A stretch of 64,000 nucleotides of DNA from positions 5,856 to 69,855 of the forward strand of contig JAJYWL010000001.1 of the NCBI GenBank assembly GCA_021791545.1. Direction: 5' to 3'. This DNA is from a bacterium (lineage in GTDB: Bacteria > Patescibacteriota > Microgenomatia > Levybacterales > UBA12049). Under the pieces are notes generated by a model. The model made no database searches and was not told the DNA's origin. It saw nothing but the letters and a program-made list of their open reading frames with translations. Within the stretch, counting starts at the first letter, position 1. Each line of letters starts with the position of its first letter. Below are positions 9,718 through 19,167 of the stretch, piece by piece. Position numbers and translations under genes: made by a program.

Positions 9718-10497
9718 ATGTTACTTTCATTATTCCTTCTATTTCTCGGTTTATTTGTAGGCTCTTTTCTCAACGTACTTTCTGACAGATTTCCAAGAAA
9801 CGAGACAGTTGTTAAAGGAAGATCTCACTGTGAGTACTGTAAGAAAGAACTTCAATGGTACGACCTTATTCCACTTTTTTCTTTTATATTCCTTAAGGGA
9901 AAATGCAGATATTGCCATAAAAAGCTGAGTTTTTCTTATCCGCTTTCTGAGTTAGGCACAGGTCTTATCTTTTTTATCACTTCCCTATTTGTTCTTAACG
10001 GTCCAATTTACACATATGACATTGTCATAAAATTAATTTTTTATCTTTTCATGGCATCATCTTTGATTGCAATATTTTTTGCAGATTTAAAACATGGTGT
10101 AATTCCGGATAAAATTATTTTTCCTGCCATTTTAATTAATCTTCTCTATCTTTTGTTATTCAATAACCATTTTTTAATACAGAATCTTCTTTCGGGATTA
10201 GGCGCACTTTTGTTTTTCCTCTTATTGGTCCTAGTTACAAGAGGAAGAGGTATGGGCTTGGGTGACGTAAAGTTTTCTTTCCTTATAGGTTTATTTCTAG
10301 GATTTCCCGGAGTATTAATAGGGCTTTATCTTGCTTTCTTGACAGGTGCTTTAATCTCAATCATACTAATCTTATGGAGAAAAAAGTTCTTAAAGGACTC
10401 CATTCCTTTCGGTCCATTCCTAGTCTTGGGAACTTTTATAGGACTTTACTTCGGAAATCTTCTTTACGAAAAACTTCTTTTGTTAATGGGATTTTAG
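9718..10497 (+). CDS. pilD: prepilin peptidase / N-methyltransferase PilD (A24 family)
   Basis: CxxC...CxxC zinc motif (CEYCKKEL...CRYCHKKL), conserved Asp in GMGLGDVKF and multiple TM segments. TATAAT at 9706-9711 only 6 nt upstream of the ATG suggests a possibly leaderless mRNA. Confidence 0.85.
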   Translation: MLLSLFLLFLGLFVGSFLNVLSDRFPRNETVVKGRSHCEYCKKELQWYDLIPLFSFIFLKGKCRYCHKKLSFSYPLSELGTGLIFFITSLFVLNGPIYTYDIVIKLIFYLFMASSLIAIFFADLKHGVIPDKIIFPAILINLLYLLLFNNHFLIQNLLSGLGALLFFLLLVLVTRGRGMGLGDVKFSFLIGLFLGFPGVLIGLYLAFLTGALISIILILWRKKFLKDSIPFGPFLVLGTFIGLYFGNLLYEKLLLLMGF

Positions 10498-11186
10498 ATA
10501 AAAAGGGATTTACACTGGTTGAGCTTCTTGTAGTCCTTGTCATGCTTGCCATATTATCTTCGATAATATTCACAATGCTTAATCCTCAGGCACAGTTGGA
10601 TAAAGCAAGAGACGCTCAGAAAGAACATGATTTGAAGCAAGTTTCTCAGGCTTTGGATGCATATTACAACGATAATAACTCATATCCCGATCAGGTTCCC
10701 TTCGGCAGTTCTTGGAAAATTGGATCAGTTACCTATATGCAGCAAGTGCCTAGTGATACTAGCTATTATTATATTAAAGATCCGAATGGTCAATGGGCAG
10801 TTCTTTTTGCCAAACTAAATTATTTCACTCCCGACAGAAGACCTGCAGGAGGTACCTATTGTGAGTTGGAAACAAAAACAAATTGTCTTCCTCAAGGTTA
10901 TGGAACTTTAGCAAATTATTGTATTGTTATGGGTCAGATAGATGCTAGTGCCTGCAGTATCATTTTTGGTACAAATCTTTCCGGTCCCACTCCCCCCGCA
11001 TCTCCTTCCACTCCTCCATCCGGTACGGTTACGCCCGGTCCCACCGCTACTCCCACGGTTCCTCCTGGTCCCACTTGTGACCACAGATACGATTGTAGGT
11101 CTTTGGGTGGTGGATCAACCTGCAACGATGTTGGAAGCGGTTTGGGGACATATTGTACATCCAATTGCGATAACATGTGCCATTGA
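10491..11186 (+). CDS. type IV pilin-like protein with Pro/Thr-rich linker and Cys-rich C-terminal domain; start codon uncertain (ATT at 10491?)
   Basis: KKG|FTLVELLVVLVMLAIL prepilin signal. No in-frame ATG/GTG/TTG between the pilD stop and the signal, and the track ATG at 10374 would overlap pilD by 124 nt. C-terminus PTPPASPSTPPSGTVTPGPTATPTVPPGPTCDHRYDCRSLGGGSTCNDVGSGLGTYCTSNCDNMCH. Confidence 0.6.
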   Translation: MLDKKGFTLVELLVVLVMLAILSSIIFTMLNPQAQLDKARDAQKEHDLKQVSQALDAYYNDNNSYPDQVPFGSSWKIGSVTYMQQVPSDTSYYYIKDPNGQWAVLFAKLNYFTPDRRPAGGTYCELETKTNCLPQGYGTLANYCIVMGQIDASACSIIFGTNLSGPTPPASPSTPPSGTVTPGPTATPTVPPGPTCDHRYDCRSLGGGSTCNDVGSGLGTYCTSNCDNMCH

Positions 11187-11197
11187 TTATGATAAGA

Positions 11198-11701
11198 ATG
11201 ATGCAGAAAATAAAAGAATTTTTTGATCAAAGAGGTTTTACTCTTGTAGAGCTTATTATCGTAATTGCAATAATATCGATTATGGCTGCCGGAGTAATCG
11301 CTGTTTTGGATCCTACGGCACAATTCCAAAAGGCCAATGATACAAGGAGAAAGTCAGATCTTTCCCAGATAGCAAAAGCATTAGAAAGCTATTATCAGGA
11401 TCATGGCGCATATCCTACGTCTGCCTCTTATAAAATATATGACGCAAATTTGGGAACTATTAACTGGGGAGGTTCCTGGGGAAATTATATGAACACTGTA
11501 CCTACAGATCCTACTACAGGAAGAAATTACGTCTATCAGGGAGGTGGACAATCTTATTATCTTTATGCTAGTCTGGAAAGGAGGAGCGATCCAAAATTGT
11601 GCACATTGGGAAATGTTACGGCAAAATGTCCTAATGCAGTCGGATCTTGCGGAAACGGGGTTTGTAATTACGGATTAACAAGCCCTAACGTAACACCTTA
11701 A
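11198..11701 (+). CDS. type IV pilin-like protein
   Basis: MMQKIKEFFDQRG|FTLVELIIVIAIISIMAAGV; candidate starts at 11189, 11198 and 11201. Confidence 0.7.
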   Translation: MMQKIKEFFDQRGFTLVELIIVIAIISIMAAGVIAVLDPTAQFQKANDTRRKSDLSQIAKALESYYQDHGAYPTSASYKIYDANLGTINWGGSWGNYMNTVPTDPTTGRNYVYQGGGQSYYLYASLERRSDPKLCTLGNVTAKCPNAVGSCGNGVCNYGLTSPNVTP

Positions 11702-11702
11702 T

Positions 11703-12131
11703 ATGAAATTATTTAAACAAAAAGGTTTTACTTTAATAGAACTTCTTATAGTAGTTGCAATAATTGGTGTTTTGGCGACTCTTTTAATGGCAAATTTCGT
11801 AGGAGTAAGACAAAGAGCAAGAGATGCACAGAGAAAGTCAGATCTAAAACAAATGCAGTCGGCTCTCGAGATGTATAGGTCCGACCAGAACGCCTATCCT
11901 ACGAATGCACAATGGCCTCTTTGCGGTACAGCCTTATCTTTCGGCACTGTCACATATATGACTAAAGTTCCATGTGATCCTCTTTCAGGATGGGTTTATA
12001 CCTATAACAATACTGGTTCTACATATACCATAGTTGCATGCCTTGAAAATGGCGGAGATTCACAAAAAGATTCTACTCTCAGCTCAAATTGCACGGGTAA
12101 GGCTGCTTCTTATACGGTATCTAATCCTTAG
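11703..12131 (+). CDS. type IV pilin-like protein
   Basis: MKLFKQKG|FTLIELLIVVAIIGVLA. Confidence 0.75.
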   Translation: MKLFKQKGFTLIELLIVVAIIGVLATLLMANFVGVRQRARDAQRKSDLKQMQSALEMYRSDQNAYPTNAQWPLCGTALSFGTVTYMTKVPCDPLSGWVYTYNNTGSTYTIVACLENGGDSQKDSTLSSNCTGKAASYTVSNP

Positions 12132-12134
12132 TAA

Positions 12135-12650
12135 ATGAAAAAAATTACTGCCTTCTTAAAATTCGAACAAGGGTTTACGTTAATCGAACTTATTATCGTT
12201 TTCTCCATAATTGCTATTCTTTCTACTGTCGGAATTGCTTCTTTTGTCCAGTTTTCGAGATATCAGGCTCTTCAGGCGGGAGCAAACGAGTTTATAACAG
12301 CTTTAAACTACGCAAAATCAAGCGCCGCTTCCCAACTTATCCCCTCCCCTTCGGGTAGTTGTAACGGTTCATTAAGGTCCTACAGAGTCGATTTCAGTAC
12401 TGCATCCGGAAGCAATACTCGGTACACGATAACTGCAATATGCGATTTAAGCTCTCCAGTCGTTCAAACTTATACTCTTCCTAAAAACGTAACTTTTGCT
12501 GCTTCTTACGGGGGACAAAATACTACAACAACGAGCATCGTTTTTCCTGTAATAAACGGAGGAATTACAGGGACAGGACAGGTTGTTATTCTCGGTTTTA
12601 CAAATCTTTCGAGAGTAGTTACGATAAGTCCTTCCGGGATAATAAAATGA
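12135..12650 (+). CDS. pseudopilin / minor pilin
   Basis: MKKITAFLKFEQG|FTLIELIIVFSIIAIL. Confidence 0.7.
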   Translation: MKKITAFLKFEQGFTLIELIIVFSIIAILSTVGIASFVQFSRYQALQAGANEFITALNYAKSSAASQLIPSPSGSCNGSLRSYRVDFSTASGSNTRYTITAICDLSSPVVQTYTLPKNVTFAASYGGQNTTTTSIVFPVINGGITGTGQVVILGFTNLSRVVTISPSGIIK

Positions 12651-13141
12651 TAAAGAATAGTCAAAAAGGTCAAACATTAGTAGAGGCTTTGGTTGCTTTG
12701 GGAGCAGCAGTCGTGGTTGTTGCTGCCATAACAATTGCCACGATTTCGGGACTTAATAACGTTCAGTATGGAAAGAATCAGAATCTAGCTACGCAATATG
12801 CTCAGGAAGGACTTGAATACGTAAGACATTTAAGTCAGGCTAATTGGTCGGGATTTAACAGCACCTATAAAAATAACAAATACTGGTGTTATAAATTAGG
12901 TTCTTCAGGATTAACTGTAGATCCCGACTATACAAATTCTTCAAATTGCCTTGCTTCGGGAAGCATATTCTCAAGGCAGGTCCGTATAGATTTTTCAGGA
13001 GTTTCTCCCTGCATAGGGACTGCCTTAATACAATCTACCGTCCTTTGGACAGACGGAAAATGCAATAATTCTACGACATATTGTCATACCGTTACGGTTA
13101 AATCATGTGTTACCGATTTGACTACAGTTCCAACGCCTTAA
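12647..13141 (+). CDS. pseudopilin / minor pilin (G|QTLVE variant)
   Basis: MIKNSQKG|QTLVEALVALGAAVVVVAA, Glu+5 present; ATGA overlap with upstream gene. Confidence 0.6.
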   Translation: MIKNSQKGQTLVEALVALGAAVVVVAAITIATISGLNNVQYGKNQNLATQYAQEGLEYVRHLSQANWSGFNSTYKNNKYWCYKLGSSGLTVDPDYTNSSNCLASGSIFSRQVRIDFSGVSPCIGTALIQSTVLWTDGKCNNSTTYCHTVTVKSCVTDLTTVPTP

Positions 13142-13142
13142 T

Positions 13143-13757
13143 ATGAGAATTAAAAATAAAATACGTACTTTAAGATCCAGCAAAGGTTATACTTTGGTTG
13201 AGCTTCTTGCCGTAATAATAGTAATGACTACTGTCGGAACAATAATAGCCGGTATTTTAGCTTCAACTCTTAGAGGTGGAAATAAGAGCAATTCCCTTAA
13301 TGAAATAAGACAGAGTGGTAATTTTACGATTTCTCAGATGTCAAAGATGATAATGTATGCCAAGGGATTCGGAGGTATATATGCAGGTTCAGGTTATTCA
13401 ACAAATTGTACAAATCCTTCAACAGTTAACCCTACAAACGGTGTCACAACAGGACATACTTCTCTTCAAATAATAAATTTTGATGATGGGGTAACTACCT
13501 TCTCCTGTAGAAACGATGCAAGCGGAAAAGCAAATATAGGATCCCAGAGTGGAAACTTAACACCCTTATATCTCATAGATTCAACAAATGTTGCCGTAAC
13601 CAATTGTAAATTTACTTGTTATCAATCTAATCTGACTGAACCTCCTCAAATTTCTATAAGTTTTACTCTAACTAAGTTGAATTCCAATAATTTTGCTGAG
13701 AACAATGTTTCGGTTCCTTTTCAGACTAGCGTAACCATGCGTAACCTTAACCAGTAG
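13143..13757 (+). CDS. pilin-like protein (G|YTLVELL)
   Basis: MRIKNKIRTLRSSKG|YTLVELLAVIIVMTTVG. Confidence 0.65.
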   Translation: MRIKNKIRTLRSSKGYTLVELLAVIIVMTTVGTIIAGILASTLRGGNKSNSLNEIRQSGNFTISQMSKMIMYAKGFGGIYAGSGYSTNCTNPSTVNPTNGVTTGHTSLQIINFDDGVTTFSCRNDASGKANIGSQSGNLTPLYLIDSTNVAVTNCKFTCYQSNLTEPPQISISFTLTKLNSNNFAENNVSVPFQTSVTMRNLNQ

Positions 13758-13800
13758 CCTTGACAAGGATATTGAAACGTTGTTAAGCTATAGTTATAGT

Positions 13801-14646
13801 ATGCCCAAAGCTTCGAACAATCAAAAGGGACAAGCTCTTCTAATCATAGTGTTGGTAATGGTCGTAGCTCTTACAGTAGGACTTTCTGTTGTCGCAAGAA
13901 CAATCACAAATCTCAAGACTACAACTGATCAGGCAAACTCACAAAAATCACTCTCCGCTGCCGAAGCAGGCGTAGAAAGAGCAATACAAAATATTAAGGC
14001 AAAAAACAATGCAAGCATATCTGATTCTTTTGATAATAATTCCAGTTTTCAGACCACTCTAACTCCCGTAACAGCGGTAGCTAATCAAAAAATTTGGTTA
14101 AATGGTGGAAATCTTCTTAAGAATTACGAAGGTTCTTATGTTTGGATTACTCCTTATGACGTGAGTAATTTCAATAATCTTTTTACCTCAACTTGGCCTG
14201 GATCGCAGCTTACCATTTATTGGGGCAACTCTGGTGAAGTTTGTAATACGGATCCTTCTTTGAATACGATGGCGGCATTAGAGGTCGTAGTGGTTACCGG
14301 AACAAAAGCAAACCCGAGTGTAAAAACTTATGCTTTTGATCCTTGTGCGGATAGAGCCGCTTCTAATCATTTTACGGTTCCAACTGCAGCAGGAACAACC
14401 CTAGACGGAAGAAGCCTTCCTCATTCAACGGGAGTAATCTCAATCTCTCAAGGGCTTTTGGTAAAAGTCATACCTATGTATGCCGATACATACGTTAGCG
14501 TTATGGGAGACCAACAGCTTCCACAACAAGGGACAATAATACAATCTACAGGAACTTCAAACGGTACCCAGAGAAGCGTTACGGTTTTTGAGGGTTATCC
14601 TGAGCTTCCTTCAGAATTGTTTCCTTTGAATCTTTTGACTCTGTAA
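13801..14646 (+). CDS. PilX-like minor pilin with large C-terminal domain (possible tip/adhesin subunit)
   Basis: MPKASNNQKG|QALLIIVLVMVVALTVG lacks Glu+5, as in PilX/GspK-type minor pilins; 280 aa; the track ORF starts at 13780. Confidence 0.5.
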   Translation: MPKASNNQKGQALLIIVLVMVVALTVGLSVVARTITNLKTTTDQANSQKSLSAAEAGVERAIQNIKAKNNASISDSFDNNSSFQTTLTPVTAVANQKIWLNGGNLLKNYEGSYVWITPYDVSNFNNLFTSTWPGSQLTIYWGNSGEVCNTDPSLNTMAALEVVVVTGTKANPSVKTYAFDPCADRAASNHFTVPTAAGTTLDGRSLPHSTGVISISQGLLVKVIPMYADTYVSVMGDQQLPQQGTIIQSTGTSNGTQRSVTVFEGYPELPSELFPLNLLTL

Positions 14647-15680
14647 TGAATAAAAAATCGTTTGGTCTTGATATTGGAGCGACTTCGCTCAAAATAGTAT
14701 CTCTTGAGGGGCAAAAAGACGCCTTTGTGCTTAAGTCTGCTCTTATTGCTCCTACTCCTCCTAAGGGAATATTATCCGAATCTCCGCTTGATGAAGAGGA
14801 GATGGCAAAAGCGATTGAAAAAGCAGCTTCCGATTCCGGAGTTGATACTAAAAGCGTTAATATAGCCTTGGCGGAAAATCAGGTATATACAAAAGTGCTT
14901 GAGATGCCTGTTCTAACCGATAAAGAGCTTTCTTCTGCTATTTATTGGGAGGCAGAGCAATATATTCCCGTTCCATTAAATAACATCACTTTGGTTTGGA
15001 ACATTTTGAAAAAACCATCGGGACAGGATCCGAATGAAAAAATGCAGGTTTTGATGGTGGGAGCCCCTACGGCACTTATAAATAAATACCAAAAAATAGT
15101 TCAGATGGCAGGACTTACCGTAAACGGAATGGAAACAGAAATTATTTCCACTGTAAGATCTTTAGTTCCCAACGAAAACTTTCCTGCAACAATAATCGTA
15201 AATATAGGAGCGGTAAATACTTCTTTTGCAATAGTAAGAAAAGGACTTATGGTATTTACCTATTCTATGTCAATTGGTGGCGCTGCTATAAATAGGGCTA
15301 TAGCTACCGATTTTGGTCTTACTCCCCAACAGGCAGAAGAATATAAGAAAGTTTATGGTGTTTCAGGAAAAACTCTTGGAGGGAAAATCGGACAGGCAAC
15401 GCAGCCGATACTTAACTCTATTCTGACAGAGGTAAAGAAATCCATCGCATATTATTCTCAAAAATATAAGGATGAAGAGCCGATAAGACAAATTATTCTT
15501 TCAGGTGGAACAGCAAAACTACCGGGTATCGATACATTCTTTGTAAGTAACGCAGGAATAGAGACTGCAATAGCAAATCCATGGAAAGTACTTGCTTCGC
15601 AACAAATCCCTAAGGAAGTACTAGATAATGCATCCGATTATACTATTGCCGTTGGTTTGGCAATGAGAGACTATGAATAA
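14646..15680 (+). CDS. pilM: type IV pilus assembly protein PilM (actin-like ATPase fold)
   Basis: N-terminal FGLDIGATSLKIV phosphate-1 motif; 344 aa; directly follows the pilin array. Confidence 0.8.
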   Translation: MNKKSFGLDIGATSLKIVSLEGQKDAFVLKSALIAPTPPKGILSESPLDEEEMAKAIEKAASDSGVDTKSVNIALAENQVYTKVLEMPVLTDKELSSAIYWEAEQYIPVPLNNITLVWNILKKPSGQDPNEKMQVLMVGAPTALINKYQKIVQMAGLTVNGMETEIISTVRSLVPNENFPATIIVNIGAVNTSFAIVRKGLMVFTYSMSIGGAAINRAIATDFGLTPQQAEEYKKVYGVSGKTLGGKIGQATQPILNSILTEVKKSIAYYSQKYKDEEPIRQIILSGGTAKLPGIDTFFVSNAGIETAIANPWKVLASQQIPKEVLDNASDYTIAVGLAMRDYE

Positions 15681-16212
15681 CGATATCAATTTAATATCTC
15701 CAAAGACGACAGAAGACATAATAAAGCAGGAAAAAGCTTTAAAAATCACCAGGATTCTTGCGGGAGTTTCCTTGGGATTCGTAGCCGTTTCAGCTGTAAT
15801 AGTATTTATTCTAAATTTAACCTCACCCTTAGATTCTATTAGAAAACAAGAACAGGTCATTTTGCAGAATATGTCTGCAATGAAAGACAGAGCTTCTAAC
15901 TATGCGTTATTAAATGACCGGTTAAAAAGTATTGATGATATAGTTTCAACAAGAAAGAAATATGATCAGATTCTTGATTCTATAGTAGCCAGCACTCCAT
16001 CTGACATATCTATTGAAGGATTCGCGCTTCAGAAAGAAGGAACAATGTCCGTAAACGCTTCGGGTAGATCTTTAGACTCAATCAATAATTTCATTGATAA
16101 TGTTGTATCTCTATCTTCACAGAAAAAAGGAATTAAAAATGTCGTTATAGACAACCTAATCGCCAGTAAAGACGGAAAATATGGAGTATCTATAACATTT
16201 ACAACTCTATGA
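15673..16212 (+). CDS. pilN: PilN-like bitopic membrane protein
   Basis: Single N-terminal TM then a coiled-coil/periplasmic domain; overlaps pilM by 8 nt; position in operon. Confidence 0.55.
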   Translation: MNNDINLISPKTTEDIIKQEKALKITRILAGVSLGFVAVSAVIVFILNLTSPLDSIRKQEQVILQNMSAMKDRASNYALLNDRLKSIDDIVSTRKKYDQILDSIVASTPSDISIEGFALQKEGTMSVNASGRSLDSINNFIDNVVSLSSQKKGIKNVVIDNLIASKDGKYGVSITFTTL

Positions 16213-16961
16213 ACGAAAAAGTTAACTTAGATATCAATATGTTTCATTTTCTTTATCAAAAGTATAAAGATTTTGTCTTACCTTTGGGTATAATTGCCGC
16301 AAGCTTTGTTCTTTTCTTTTTTGTAGTAATTCCGCAGGTGCAAAATTATATACAGCTTCAGCAACAGGTTGCTCAGGAAACACAGAAGCTTAATGCAATT
16401 AAAAGTAACTATGACATTCTTTCGGGGCTTGATGATAACACTCTTTCAACACAGTTGAATACAGTTTCCCTTGCTCTTCCCTTCAGTAAAGATTTCGCCT
16501 CGGTATTGAATGCAATTTCTGCGGTTTCCGCAAAGACGGGAGTCTTATTGGGTGACTTTGATTTCAGAGTCGGAGATTTAAGTAAAAGCGGACAAGGTAT
16601 TAAATCTTATCCTTCTTTAGTAATTGATCTGAAATTGAACACGGATATTAAGGGAGCGGTAAAGTTTATTGACGAACTTTATAAGACTGTTCCTGTTTCT
16701 GAAACAACAGATATAAAATTAAGTAGCGGTGGATCCTCAGAAATAAATATTTCCTTCTATTACAAAACTCTTGTAGGAAAATCTTCGATCGATCAATCAA
16801 ATCCTATTACTCTTCTTTCACAAGGAGATAAAGACATGATAAGTTCTCTTTCTTCATGGAACAACATGTCGGGAGAAGGTTCTTTCCCTTTGCTTAACTT
16901 AAATGCAATTTCCAGCCAGAGTGCTGTAACTTCATCCGGAAGTGGAACTACTCCTTTTTAA
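16209..16961 (+). CDS. pilO: PilO-like bitopic membrane protein
   Basis: TM VLPLGIIAASFVLFFFVVIP then a periplasmic domain; ATGA overlap with pilN. Confidence 0.5.
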   Translation: MNEKVNLDINMFHFLYQKYKDFVLPLGIIAASFVLFFFVVIPQVQNYIQLQQQVAQETQKLNAIKSNYDILSGLDDNTLSTQLNTVSLALPFSKDFASVLNAISAVSAKTGVLLGDFDFRVGDLSKSGQGIKSYPSLVIDLKLNTDIKGAVKFIDELYKTVPVSETTDIKLSSGGSSEINISFYYKTLVGKSSIDQSNPITLLSQGDKDMISSLSSWNNMSGEGSFPLLNLNAISSQSAVTSSGSGTTPF

Positions 16962-17622
16962 GAAGATCGGGTCTTAGTCTAGAGGTAAGCCTTAGTGATT
17001 CTTTTTTTCTCCATTCGTTTATTTTTGCATGATTACCCGAAAGTAAAATTTCAGGGACTTTTTGATCCTTATATTCTTGGGGTTTCGTATATTGGTCATG
17101 TTCCAGTAAGGAATCTGTAAAAGATTCCTTTTCGGGAGATCCTTCGGTAATGACTCCTTTTATAAGTCTTATGACACTATCGGCAACAAGCATTGCGGGA
17201 ATTTCTCCTCCAGTTAATACAAAATCTCCTATAGAAATCTCTCCATCTATGAAATTTCTGATTCTTGCATCAAAGCCCTCATAATGTCCGCAGATTAATA
17301 TAAGGTGATCAAGTTTCGACAGTTCAATAGCAGTTTTTTGATTAAAAACATTACCGTGAGGGCTTAAAAGAAAAACTTTTTCGTTTTCTGAATTATCTTT
17401 TGCATTTTCAATAGCTTTTTTTAAAACATCGACTCTTAAAACCATTCCGTTTCCTCCGCCGTAAGGAGTATCGTCAACCAGTTTATGTTTTCCTATTCCG
17501 AAGTCCCTGATATTTACGAAGTTTATTTCAATTAATTTTTTTTCTTTTGCCCTTTTTATTATCGATTCATCAAATGGTCCGGCAAACATCTCGGGAAAGA
17601 GCGTGACGATTGTTATTTTCAT
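16948..17622 (-). CDS. trmD: tRNA (guanine37-N1)-methyltransferase
   Basis: MKITIVTLFPEMF...DDTPYGGGNGMVL...ILICGHYEGFD are TrmD signature motifs. Confidence 0.9.
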   Translation of the reverse strand: MKITIVTLFPEMFAGPFDESIIKRAKEKKLIEINFVNIRDFGIGKHKLVDDTPYGGGNGMVLRVDVLKKAIENAKDNSENEKVFLLSPHGNVFNQKTAIELSKLDHLILICGHYEGFDARIRNFIDGEISIGDFVLTGGEIPAMLVADSVIRLIKGVITEGSPEKESFTDSLLEHDQYTKPQEYKDQKVPEILLSGNHAKINEWRKKESLRLTSRLRPDLLKKE

Positions 17623-17641
17623 AAGCTTATTCTATCAGAAA

Positions 17642-17875
17642 TTAGGCTTCGGAGAGATTTATGAAGATTTTTTTGTTTTCTTTTATTGCAGGAATTTTCA
17701 TTACATTTCTTATGGATTTAATTACTTTTCCGTTTTTGCCTATGACTTTTCCCATATCTTCTTTTGCAAGTGTTACGTTAAGATTAAGGACTCCTTCATT
17801 TTCATCTTCGGCAACATCTACTTTATCGGGGTTATCTACGATGGCTTTTATTATGTATTGAAGTATATCTTTCAT
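17642..17875 (-). CDS. KH-domain RNA-binding protein (YlqC/UPF0109 family)
   Basis: GKVIGKNGKVIKSIR is a KH GxxG motif; located between rpsP and trmD as in the canonical rpsP-KH-rimM-trmD operon. Confidence 0.7.
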   Translation of the reverse strand: MKDILQYIIKAIVDNPDKVDVAEDENEGVLNLNVTLAKEDMGKVIGKNGKVIKSIRNVMKIPAIKENKKIFINLSEA

Positions 17876-18099
17876 TTTTCTACTAATTTTTCTATTGCGG
17901 GGCTAGGTTGTGCACCAACAGAAACCCAATACTTATATCTTTCTTTATCAAGTTTAAGGGCACCTTCTCTTCCTTTTTCATACCATCCGAGAACTTCGAT
18001 AGAATCTCCGTCTCTTCTGGATCTTTTTTCTTTGACGACGATGCGGAATTTCCTCTCGCCTTTCTTTCCCATTCGTGTTGATCTAATTACTACTGACAT
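17872..18099 (-). CDS. rpsP: 30S ribosomal protein S16
   Basis: MSVVIRSTRMGKKGERKFRIVV...; start taken at internal Met 18099 rather than the track's 18138. Confidence 0.85.
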   Translation of the reverse strand: MSVVIRSTRMGKKGERKFRIVVKEKRSRRDGDSIEVLGWYEKGREGALKLDKERYKYWVSVGAQPSPAIEKLVEK

Positions 18100-18118
18100 A
18101 CAGATTACTATTTTACCA

Positions 18119-18799
18119 TTATTTGCTCTTCTTCTCAAGATTCTTTCTTAAGTTCTCTAAAGCTTGTTCTGCGGCGCTTTCTTCGGCTTCTCTTTTAGAT
18201 TTGCCTTTACCTTCACCGACAAAGGTTTCGTCCACAAATGCCGCTACTTTAAACATCCTGGCATGAGCAGGTCCCGCTTCACTGACGACTTTGTATAAAG
18301 GAGATCCTTTTTTCCTTGATTGGACCAATTCCTGAAGAAGACTTTTGGGATCTTTGAATGCTCTTTTTTGTACAAATAGTTCGGCTTTCGGAAAAAGAAC
18401 CGTCTCAAGAAATTCTGTTACTTCCTGTATGCCCTGATCTAGGAATAAAGCTCCTACAAAAGCTTCAAAACAGTCTGCAAGTAGGCTTTGATTCTGTCTT
18501 CCCTTAGATTCTTCTTCCCCCTTTGATAATTTAAGATAGTCTCCCAATCCTAATTCTCTTGCCGTCTCTCCGAGGCTTTTAGTGTTAACAAGAAGAGACC
18601 TTAGATTAGTTAATATTCCTTCATCATAATTAGGATATTTGTGATAAAGATATTTTGAAACTACAAAAGAAATAACACTATCTCCCAAGAATTCCAGTCT
18701 TTCATTCGATGACAATTTTTCTTTTGTTTCATTTAGAAATGACCTATGTATAAAGGCCTGCTCTAAAAGCTTTTTATCTTTAAATTTTGGTAAATTCAT
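18119..18799 (-). CDS. rnc: ribonuclease III
   Basis: Catalytic signature ERLEFLGDSV and a C-terminal dsRBD (KSKREAEESAAEQAL). Confidence 0.9.
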   Translation of the reverse strand: MNLPKFKDKKLLEQAFIHRSFLNETKEKLSSNERLEFLGDSVISFVVSKYLYHKYPNYDEGILTNLRSLLVNTKSLGETARELGLGDYLKLSKGEEESKGRQNQSLLADCFEAFVGALFLDQGIQEVTEFLETVLFPKAELFVQKRAFKDPKSLLQELVQSRKKGSPLYKVVSEAGPAHARMFKVAAFVDETFVGEGKGKSKREAEESAAEQALENLRKNLEKKSK

Positions 18800-19140
18800 T
18801 TTACTAGTTTGCCCAGGGCCCCGTTTACGAAAGCAGGGCTTGTTTCTCCTCCGTATTCTTTTGCAAGCTCGATTGCTTCGTCTATTATTACTTTGGGCGG
18901 TTCTTTTTTTATAATTTTGAGTTCATAGGTTGCCAGTCTTAGTATGGCAAGATCAACTCTATTTATTTTATCGATAGGAAATTCCGGGGCAGCTTTATTT
19001 ATGAACTTATCTATTTCCTCTTTTTGGGCAATTATTTTTTGGGCAATTTCTCCGACCCTTTGTTTATGAAATTCACTTCTAAACAGGTCTTCGACAACTT
19101 TTTGTCTTTTTTTATGTCGCGGATCAAGAGGATTTTTCAT
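18796..19140 (-). CDS. nusB: transcription antitermination factor NusB-like
   Basis: RVDLAILRLATYEL...VIIDEAIELAKEYGGETSPAFVNGALGKL matches NusB helical motifs; ATGA overlap with rnc. Confidence 0.7.
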   Translation of the reverse strand: MKNPLDPRHKKRQKVVEDLFRSEFHKQRVGEIAQKIIAQKEEIDKFINKAAPEFPIDKINRVDLAILRLATYELKIIKKEPPKVIIDEAIELAKEYGGETSPAFVNGALGKLVK

Positions 19141-19167
19141 TTGCTTTTATTCCGCAAAATGCGGATC

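Noticed and set aside
10374-10490. ATG at 10374 as start of the second pilin (45-aa leader overlapping pilD by 124 nt)
   Set aside because: It would place a 45-residue basic extension before the class III signal and overlap pilD extensively. An ATT at 10491 giving MLDKKG|FTL is more consistent, but remains unproven.
17603-18151. 182-aa + strand ORF covering the KH, rpsP and trmD region
   Set aside because: Antisense to three well-supported minus-strand genes; low-complexity Phe/Ile/Tyr-rich translation typical of a shadow ORF in AT-rich DNA.
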